From Paraspadella gotoi (Eukaryota > Animalia > Chaetognatha): DNA of 31,564 nucleotides. The position numbers were made by a program, and so were the translations under genes. Positions 22,724-31,564 of the stretch are shown here, in pieces. Position 1 is the first letter of the stretch. Each line of letters begins with the position of its first letter. The DNA lies in NCBI GenBank assembly GCA_051294375.1, contig CM119263.1:4482753-4514316 (forward strand). The letters run 5' to 3'. The notes under the pieces are model-generated. The model worked only from the letters and a program-made list of their open reading frames with translations. It was not told where the DNA came from and made no database searches.

Positions 22724-25700
22724 CTGGGGAAGAGAAAGAAAAATTGAGCGTGAAAAAATTACCGCGTGAATAAACGACGGTTTTTAAGGTTACAGTCGCA
22801 ACGAGCCTTGCGGCCGACTCCTTCTCCGGCCACTTTATCGCTTTTATAAAACGAACAGAAAGAAGGCTCTTTTGTCTCAGGGCCTTTTTACCCATTTAAG
22901 ATTCCTTTTTTTTCTTGTTCTGTTTTTTGGTCACCGTCGGTCCACCTTTGATTTACTTTTTACTCCGCGCTCGTTTCACGTCGCGCTCGTTTCACGGGAA
23001 CGACGGGGTCGTCGTTCACCTTTTCCGTAACAGATGTCACGGTCACAGAGCGTAATGATACTGAATGTCAATAATATGCGAAGTGAAAATTGAATCAGAA
23101 TAATTTCGACATTTTCAAAAGGGAATTGATCCAAGTATCGTTTGATAAACATGATTGATCAAATATTCTCTTTTTTATGAAATAGAAAGGAAGTGTAACA
23201 CCGTTCTAAGTAGCGTTTTGATATTACTAGCAATAATCATTTATTTCACTTTTTCTCTGTCTACATAAAATTTATCATTTTTAATAATTGCCTTGCCGCT
23301 TGAGGTTCAAGGCAACAGTGTGTTTTTGTTTTTTTAAATCTGGGATTAAACCGGGAATCGAAGAGAACCTTATGACGGCGTATGTAGTGAATTATCCGCT
23401 GGTTCGTTCAAATTGAATGCATTCAGAGGTTCCAAAAACTCTTTGGCAAAAGTCTAAAGCATCAAATAATCGTTCTTTCGAGGACCGTGAAACAAAAATA
23501 AAGGAGATTTCGAATAATTCGGTCTCGAACGAACGTTGAGAAATATAATCGATTCTGAGAAGATAAAAAAGTTTTTTTTGTGACTGGAATTTGGATCTAA
23601 AACAGGTTCTCGTTCCTTTCTGTTCGCGACGACGACGACAATGGACAATAACGACGACATAATAATCAGTTGAAAAATGTGTTTCCTCTCCAACACCTCG
23701 CAGCGAGAAAGCACTCGTATTTCGGGCTTCTCTATATTTCCGTTTCTTGGAAAGAAACTCGTTAATTTGAAGCGTTCGTTATTTACGGTTCAGATTTTTT
23801 TGGAAATGTTTTTTCGAGATTCGGGATTACAGAGATATCAAAGCAATGCTGTTACTTACACCCGAGGTTTTTTTGTCTTCAATGATTTCGATGAAAATTA
23901 TATTGGATAATTGTTAATACTTTTTACGTGTGTCTTATTACTTTTTTTTATTATTTCTCACTAATAAATCACTCATAATTTATAAAGGATATCAAATACC
24001 ATTATAGTAATCATTGATAATTCCACTGCATTCGGTAAATAAATGCAGCCGGGATCCCACGCTCGCCAGAATTTTGGGAATACATTTGGAAGAGAAAAAT
24101 GTTTAATTAATCGACAACCGACGACGACGCACGGATCGACGACGATGACGAACACGACATCGGAGACGAGAGAAAGACGACGTATGCGCGAGGGCGAGCG
24201 ACGATGACGACTCGGCGACGAAATTTTCTTATATCGGATGAGGAGCGCTGTGCTGGTGGTGTTGTCTTTTCAAAACGACGATTAACCGCCACCGCTCAAA
24301 TGGATTTTCATCGTAGTTGACCCGCCACGGTGACGGAGTCGGTAAAAAAACTAGAGGACCGGGAAAATTCACCGTTTGGAGACGGGGACGGCTCAGGTTG
24401 GGCGCACCACTAATTGACTTAATATTTCGCATCGTCATGCGGGTATTAGCAGAGAAAATCTATTTTCCTTCGTATCTGTTTTCTTATTTTTTTTTTTTTT
24501 AGAGATTTTAAATTCTACTTTAGTTTGATGACCAATTCGTTTTATGTAAATAAAAATTTCTGCAGCTGACGATCACTTCACAAAAAATAGAGAGAATACT
24601 TTCGCGGAATCTAAAGTACATACCTTCGCAATTTTATCTTCTTTTTTTTTTAATTCCAGTTTTCATGTATTCCGATATAAGTATTTGGTGGTTAGTTTCT
24701 ATATTCTTCGAGTTTTTCTGGAAAAGTGTAGGTAAAAGACGTACAGGTTTTAATCGCGAAAGGGGTTTTCGAGAACTTGTACCGACTACTCTCCTTTTTC
24801 GGATTTTGATTTTTGATGTGTTAGGAGTTTTTCAGAGTATAGATCTATTTTAGTCGTAATTGTTCTCGCCTCGACGAAAGAATTGACGAGGACGAAAAAT
24901 ACGAGAGTATGGGACGTTAGAGTCGGTTTTCCCAACTTTCGTCTCTTACGTAATAATCCGGGGACGAGAGTTCCAATGTCATCTTCCACGTCTGTTGTCG
25001 TCGCGTACGTCGGTCGTTGACCGACTCGCGCGATGCGGCCGTCACCGTCAGTCCGCGCGATGGCAAAAATCGCACGGCGCGATGCAACTCAACCTGCGGA
25101 TGCGTGTCTCAAGTGACGACGACGATCGAAGTAAACGAGGCGCTCACGGCTCCAAAACGATTCGATCGAAGGAACGCCGGACACACTGCCAATGTGACGT
25201 AAAGTAAGAAGAATAAACGCAAAGAGCGAACTCATGATAGTCGCACCGGGCACGGTCGCCGGGACGAACGGACCCACCCCAGATCATGGAGTGGTACGCC
25301 GCTAATTTTCCGCTGGCGTCCCCGGCTTTCTTTCGTGACGCCGAATGTCGTTAACTCGAGAGACGTTAAAAGTTTGAATGAATGAGATGTTACATCATAG
25401 ACGAAATATGGCTGACCAATGAAGCGGGGGAAAATAGTCGATGATGAAACGGTGGTGGGTTGTCATTGGATAAGAAAGTGGGAAGAGAGAGAGAGAAGAG
25501 ATGAGAGAGAGAGAGAGAGGAAGAGGAGAGAGAGAGAGAGAGAGAGATGAGAATGATTGAAAGTGAGAGCAGAGCATGAAACGGGTAATTAGTGCAAAAT
25601 AACAGTAATGGCAATAAAATCGGAAGATACGTCGTCAGCGATTAAGAGCCCTCTCATAGAGAGGATATAGATTCCGATCCGACTAGGAGGAGAGGAGGAG

Positions 25701-26172
25701 AGAGGACGAGATGCAAGAGAGCTTGGAGAGATTAGAGATGAGAAGAGTAGGAAGAGAGAGAGAGGTGATGAATATACTGAGAGAAGAGAGAGGAGAAGGA
25801 AGAGCAGGAAGAGAACACCTGCATGAGAATTGAAAATACATCTCTTAGGAGAAAGGAGTGGGTGAGAACGAGGAGGTGAGAAAAAAGTGAGAATGGGAGG
25901 AGAAAAATCGAGACAAGAGAGCAGTGATATGTTAAAATCTGTGATTAAATTTGGAATTAATTATGAAATTTTTTTTTATTACTGAGGAATCTTTAATTAA
26001 ATAGATTTTAAATTTTAATGGCCGAACACTGCGGGGGTGAAGACTAAAGAAAAAAAAGAAAGAAAGAAATAAAGAATAAAAGGAATGAATATTATTTTCT
26101 TCCTTATGATGCGCGACTCTGATTGGCTGGAAAGTGAGACCGTGAGTGACATGTCACACAATAAATTGGTGG

Positions 26173-26174
<2 letters not shown>

Positions 26175-26261
<87 letters not shown>

Positions 26262-26330
26262 TCAAGAAAGAAAGAAAGAAAGTCAAGAAAGAAAGAAAGT
26301 TAAGAAAGAAAGTCAAGAAAGAAAGAAGTC
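26175..26330. repeat. (GAAA)n tetranucleotide microsatellite with GTCAA interruptions
   Basis: Seen directly. Confidence 0.97.
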
Positions 26331-27092
26331 AAAAAAGCGAGGAAGCGCCCAGGCAGCGCTTCTTCGTTCCGGCCATTGAGTCGCGCTCTCGTTTTCGATA
26401 ATAACGAAGGCCTCGCGAGACGCGGGATGCAGAGGAACTCATTTCGCGAAGAGCGTTAGACGTTTGGGTGAGTGAGGGTGAGTTCGGGTAAGTGAGGGTG
26501 GGTCTGGGATGGGTGTTGAACGGAACAAAGCTGGGATGGATGGATGGATTCGAAATCCGGATTGTGCGGGTTGAGTGTGATGATATCATTTGATTCTTCT
26601 GTGGAAAAATAAAAGTCCAATTAAATATACAATATACAATATATACAATATACATGACACCTCCAGTTGCGGATAGTACTCTTCAGCCCACTAAGCGCCT
26701 TATCCAAACATAATGAAGATAATTTAACCATATCATATTCAGTTTTTAGGTCGGGTTATACCTGGATATTTTTGAGAAGTAAAAGAAACAGTACAGAAGT
26801 TCCGTGATTGTTGACTCTCGCTGAGAATAAAGATGTGCATCAGAGAAATATGGTGTTTGCAGAAAGACGACATGCTGTGAAACTTTGCTGCTTTTATTTC
26901 GACTTTGGTCATTAAAACGTGACTTGACCGCGCAGATTGGTTTAGAGATACATTGTATGACGTTGCTGCAATAATGCCATATTAAATCGATGCTCGACGT
27001 TTAGCTTAGTCTTGCAACGATAACATCGGCTAGCATAATCGTCCAACGAGACTCATTGTGGGCGTACTATCTGAGAACGGTCTGAAAGTGAT

Positions 27093-27223
<131 letters not shown>

Positions 27224-28223
27224 ATTGTGACGAATAACCCGCAGGAATATTTTTCTATCCCTCGCTTTTTTCCATTCCTCTTTCGATTCTCGCGGGAAGA
27301 GAAGGAGCTGAGAGGCGCCTCGTTCTCCCGGGGCCCAAGATTTTTTTTTTATTCTTTAAAGAATTAAAAAAAAATTATTATTAATGCTATTTAACGTGGA
27401 TCGGATGCGGCGGTGATATTAATAGTATTAATGCGCGTTAATTTGCATATAAACAAGAAAGGAGACGAAGAGAGAGACGTCGGAGGAGATAGGAGGGAAA
27501 TTTGATATTATTGTATATGGGAGTACAAGGGAGTACAACATTAAGTATAGTATAAACGTTTTAATATAGACATTGAATAATAATTATGATAATTTAAATC
27601 CGCATCTAATAATTTGTTTTCCTTCTTCACCGACGTCTCACTCTCTGGCTCTCACCCTCTTTCACCCTCGATCTCACTCTCACTCACTCTCCCTCTCTCA
27701 CCCTCGTTAACTTTTGATATTTCTCTCACTCACTCTCTCACTTTCTCCCGCTGTCACTCTCATTCTCACTCTCTCTTTCGCTTTCTCTCTCACTCTCACT
27801 ATTACGGAATCCGACGAACGAGCGACCGAAACTTTGATGAGGTAAACACGACGCGGGCAGCTGCATATGCTGCTGCACCTCCTGCATCCGCCAACACCTC
27901 CTGCACCTGCTGCACCGTCCAGCCAAACGCTCTCCGACGGTCATTCCTCGAAAAAAACTGTTAATCATCTTCGCTTCCATCAAATTCGCTTTGGACGAAA
28001 AAAAAAAACTATTTAATGTCCCGCGCGATCTCGCTGCTCACGATGCTCGCGATGCTTACGGTGCTTATGGTGTTTTATTTGGTGTGAGGCCGAAATCAAA
28101 GATGGCCGCCTCCTTCCTTTCTTTCTTTCTTTCTTTTTTTATTTCTCACGCGGTGAGGCGATAGATAGGGTCAAAAGGAAAGAAGAAAGTTGTTCCACTT
28201 TCGAATCGATGAAGGATTCTACG

Positions 28224-28362
28224 CCTCCGCCGCCGCCGCCGCCGCGCCGCCGCCGCTACGCCGCCGCCCATCGCCACCGCCGCCGCCGCCGCCGCCACCG
28301 CCGCCGCCACCGCCCGGCCCCATTTTTCCGCCCCCCACCACCGCCACCACACCGCCGCCACC
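28224..28362. repeat. (CCG/CCA)n GC-rich trinucleotide tract
   Basis: Seen directly; source of the poly-Pro/Arg/Gly ORFs. Confidence 0.93.
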
Positions 28363-28481
28363 GCACCTCCCCCGACGCCTTCCATTCAGGGTTCGGCGCA
28401 GAAGAACGCGCCATGACGCACGAGGGAACTTGGCCGAGAGGACTCGACCGGACGAAGCCGACCATTGGCATTCCGGCGCCC

Positions 28482-28598
28482 TCGGCACTCGCGATCGGCA
28501 CTCGCGATCGGCACTCGCGATTGGCACTTGGGATCGGCACTCGCGATCGGCACTCGATATTGACCGGCGCAATCGGCATTCGCGATCGGCATTGTGGA
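28482..28598 (+). repeat. 13-bp minisatellite, 9 in-phase units, consensus TCGGCACTCGCGA
   Basis: Units start at 28482, 28495, 28508, 28521, 28534, 28547, 28560 (divergent), 28573 and 28586. Confidence 0.95.
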
Positions 28599-28621
28599 CT
28601 ATAAGACCTTTACGTCTCGTG

Positions 28622-28623
<2 letters not shown>

Positions 28624-28671
<48 letters not shown>

Positions 28672-28684
28672 CACTGATTGATTC
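28624..28684. repeat. (GATT)n microsatellite
   Basis: Seen directly. Confidence 0.97.
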
Positions 28685-28829
28685 ATCACCGTCACTCGTC
28701 AGACTTACCCGATTTTGCGAATTGAACATTGTGAAACAATGTGAAATAATCCGCATCAATGTGGGTCATGAATGGAGGTAAACAGCATTCTCCGTTTTGT
28801 CGTCTTCTGTTGGGTACATTTTTCCGGAT

Positions 28830-28908
28830 TCGTTGTCGCCGCAGCCGTCGTCGTCGTCGTCCTTCGTGTCGTCGTCATCGTCGTTGTCGTCATCATAATC
28901 GTCGTCGT
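28830..28908. repeat. (GTC)n-type trinucleotide tract ending in a 10-N gap
   Basis: Seen directly. Confidence 0.9.
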
Positions 28909-29040
28909 NNNNNNNNNNATCGTCCCCAGACCATCTGCGTCCAATACCGAAAATCGTTCTACTTTCGTATCAACGGAATTTCGTCTCAATGCTCAACCAA
29001 ATTCTGTCTCGTTTTGGTCGACGGAATTTCGCTGCAGAAA

Positions 29041-29048
29041 TATCGATA
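29041..29048. promoter_or_regulatory. DRE-like motif TATCGATA
   Basis: Exact match to the Drosophila DREF-binding element; a single 8-mer can occur by chance. Confidence 0.25.
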
Positions 29049-29081
29049 TAAGTTTGGATCAATGATCAAAAACTCGATGTG

Positions 29082-29185
29082 TTTTATTAGTTGCGCCGCG
29101 AGTACTCGCGGAGCCTCTCTATAAGTCACTTTTCGCTCGGTCTGTCGGTCGGTCCGTCGGTCGGTCGGTAAGTCTGTCCGTGGGT
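29082..29185 (+). mobile_element. Possible terminal remnant of a non-autonomous Helentron/HINE (DINE-1-like) element
   Basis: T-rich start, perfect 16-bp palindrome CCGCGAGTACTCGCGG (29096-29111), CTCTATAAG spacer, then a GTCG/GTCC tetranucleotide tract. This order resembles HINE-type elements; no second end was identified. Confidence 0.4.
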
Positions 29186-29700
29186 CTATTCCACTTACAT
29201 TAAAAATGCTTATAACTTGCATACAGTTGGTTGCTCATTTGTCAAGACAGGAAAAAAACATCAAATCTAAGTGACTGCTAGCGCCGCCTGCAGGAAATCT
29301 TAAATCTTTAAAGAATAAAAGACAAGATTCAAATGCGATGCATGTCATGAATACACGTGAAAAGAATGTAACTGCGGCGCAACACAATTGAATTACCGTT
29401 CTTGTTTAAAAGGAAAAAAAATGGAAATGGTGAGTTACGAGTTGTTGACTTTTTATTGGAAGTAGGTTAAGAGTCAAGACATGAGGATGGATAAGTTATC
29501 TAAAGAAATGGAGCATTTGGCTCCGAATGTCGCTGGAAGATGGGGGAGGGGGAGAAGATGGGGGGTCGAAGGGGGGGTGGGGTGCTCCAGTGATGAAAAC
29601 GACAGTTAAGAAAGCGGGGAAACATGGAAAGGCTTGATATAGAAACCAAGATGCCATGCCATGCCATGCCGTCGTGATTCGTTAGAAACGAAAATGATTA

Positions 29701-29787
29701 AAAAACTTGAATAAAATCTTGAATAAAAACTTAAAATAAACTTGAATAAACTTGAATAAACTTGAATATAAACTTGAATAAAATCTT
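29701..29787 (+). repeat. 10-12 bp minisatellite (AAACTTGAAT)n, ~8 units
   Basis: Seen directly. Confidence 0.92.
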
Positions 29788-29899
29788 CTCTCGCACGGAA
29801 CTCTTTAAAACTCCCTTTTCAAAAATCACAATAATTCCATCGTCCGTTCGCCGGAAAAATACTCGCGAAGCCGAAATCGTTGCCCCTTTTCACATTCGA

Positions 29900-29997
29900 G
29901 GCCGGAAATCGCGTCGGCGCCTCGACCCCCTTTACCGGAAGTTGGCCGGAAATCTCGTCGGCGCCTCGACCCCCTTTACCGGAAGTTGGCCGGAAAT
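29900..29997 (+). repeat. 44-bp tandem duplication (2.2 copies, 1 mismatch) carrying ETS-type motifs
   Basis: GGCCGGAAATC[G/T]CGTCGGCGCCTCGACCCCCTTTACCGGAAGTT at 29900 and 29944, plus a partial unit at 29988. ACCGGAAGT lies at 29934 and 29978. Confidence 0.93.
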
Positions 29998-30338
29998 GGT
30001 GCCGCTCGACTCGAAAAGGTTACGGACGGGGGAATGACTTTTTGTCACGAATCTGCAAATGGCGCCATTGGCATTGCAACCATTTGCTGTGTCTCGCTTT
30101 TCATATTTCCGATGATTGCCTTGCTTGCTAAGGTTGCTTGGCGAATCGTCGGCGACGACTTTTCCCGCGCGTGCTTGCGTCTCGTTAGTATTTATATTCT
30201 CGTTTTGTTTGCTTCGATTTTCCTGAGCTCGTTCGCTTGCTTGCATGCGTGCTTGCTTTGATGATTACTCGCCTTCCGGTTTCCCTCGTTGCGAGTCCGT
30301 CTACCATTTGGCATTTTCGTGGAAGGGAGGGAGGAGAG

Positions 30339-30434
30339 GGAGATGGCAAGGGGGATGGTAGTGGAAGTGGCAAAGAGGGTGGTAAGGGAAGTGGTAAAAA
30401 TGGTGGCAAGGAACGTGACGAGGAAGATGGCAAG
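30339..30434 (+). repeat. Degenerate 12-bp periodic tract, 8 units (GGA(A/G)RTGGYAAR-like)
   Basis: GGAGATGGCAAG GGGGATGGTAGT GGAAGTGGCAAA GAGGGTGGTAAG GGAAGTGGTAAA AATGGTGGCAAG GAACGTGACGAG GAAGATGGCAAG. Confidence 0.8.
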
Positions 30435-30731
30435 ATTAGGGTGCTCAGGCTATCGCCGCGGTTTGGGAAGGTTGGCAAAAATGAGTGCCGATCGGAAAGG
30501 GGGCGTGGCATTATCGTTTGGGAGCGTTTGAAATCGCGTCGCTATTGTCAACGTTTGTTTTCCTGTTTCGCGCTCTCCCTCTCCCCCTCGTCCGCCCCTC
30601 AACTCAAAACCCATTAATATATTATGGTATTATTGCGACGTTGTTGCCATAGATCATCTCGTGAAAATAGGGGAGGAAAACGAAGGCAAAATCCCTCGAG
30701 GAGAAACGGAATCTAGAGAGAGATTTATTCC

Positions 30732-30938
30732 GACGACGACGACGACGACGAAGATGATGATGACGAAGATGAAGAAGATGACAATGAGAAGGACGACGAA
30801 AATGATGACGAAAATGACGATGACGAAGATGACGACGAAGAAGACGACGACGGTAATGATGACGATGACGAAGAACAACATGACGACGACGACGAAGAAA
30901 AAGAAGACGACGACGACGAAGACGATGACAACGACTAA
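30732..30938 (+). repeat. Degenerate (GAC/GAT/GAA)n trinucleotide tract
   Basis: Seen directly; 68 in-phase triplets ending in TAA. Confidence 0.92.
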
Positions 30939-31564
30939 AACGACAACGAGACTTCGCCCACCCGCAATGACATTCGCAACAAATCGGTTTCGCCCTTTTC
31001 AGAATTCCAGGGCACTTACTACGATCAACCCCGCATCGCTCCCGATTTCACGCACTTTGCGCCCTCTTTTGTNNNNNNNNNNNNNNNNNNNNNNNNNNNN
31101 NNNNNNNNNNNNNNNNNNNNNNNNNNNNNNNNNNNNNNNNNNNNNNNNNNNNNNNNNNNNNNNNNNNNNNNNNNNNNNNNNNNNNNNNNNNNNNNNNNNN
31201 NNNNNNNNNNNNNNNNNNNNNNNNNNNNNNNNNNNNNNNNNNNNNNNNNNNNNNNNNNNNNNNNNNNNNNNNNNNNNNNNTATAAATATTAAACTTGGCT
31301 TTTTTATATGTTAGTTTTATTATTTTGAATCAATCAGTCGATCAATTAATCATCTAATTTTTTATAACTTTGTAATATTAATCATGAACTACAAGTAGAC
31401 TTTTGCTATTATTTGATATTAATCATAAAATATTTTATTTTTTTAATAAATCAAACTAGTTTTTCTCACAATTTCTAAATCTCGAAAATGCCGGGGGACG
31501 TGAATGACGCCGAGGAATGACGCCGGTGGGCGAAGAACGACGAGTGCGATGGGCGCCGGTCGCG

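Noticed and set aside
22965-23017. 16-bp tandem duplication followed by an 8-bp stem hairpin (GAACGACG-gggt-CGTCGTTC)
   Set aside because: Short and made of the locally common GAC/GTC words; no CTRR Helitron end, and an intrinsic terminator is not meaningful in this context.
24317-25345. GC-rich open segments (LTRHGDGVGKKTRGPGK on +; AAYHSMIWGGSVRPGD on -)
   Set aside because: No recognisable domain and weak or missing splice signals; they cannot be excluded but are unsupported.
28146-28695. Overlapping Pro/Arg/Gly-rich ORFs in many frames
   Set aside because: Explained by the CCG tract and the 13-bp repeat, whose period is not a multiple of three.
28482-29997. 13-bp and 44-bp repeats as a CRISPR-like array
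   Set aside because: Units are directly adjacent with no unique spacers, no cas genes are present, and the context is eukaryotic.

Overview
This is eukaryotic (invertebrate-like) draft-assembly DNA. It is mostly intronic or intergenic, dense in microsatellites (GA/CT, GAC, GCC, GAAA, GATT), shows no obvious CpG depletion and contains 11 N-gaps. I see no prokaryotic genes, RNA genes, CRISPR arrays or transposase/RT ORFs, and nearly all ORF-track entries are translations of simple repeats. The main hidden structure is redundancy that looks like long-read gap-filling artefact. About 0.9-7.6 kb is an insertion-inflated (~2x longer) collinear copy of ~9.9-13.3 kb. 7612-8146 duplicates 10231-10818, 8144-8598 is an inverted copy of 1-433, and ~16.5-18.4 kb is an inflated copy of ~25.85-26.65 kb. 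Three gaps of exactly 25 N lie in or next to these duplications. The best biological signals are tentative: (i) two short minus-strand exon candidates (22634-22723, 21422-21534) that read like consecutive fibronectin type III segments; (ii) a promoter-like zone at ~28.7-30.1 kb with a DRE, a 44-bp tandem duplication carrying ETS sites and a YY1-like motif; (iii) a tandem RFX X-box at 11831-11861; (iv) a small Helentron/HINE-like remnant at ~29.1 kb. I found no convincing evidence for a novel biological system. All alignments were done by eye.
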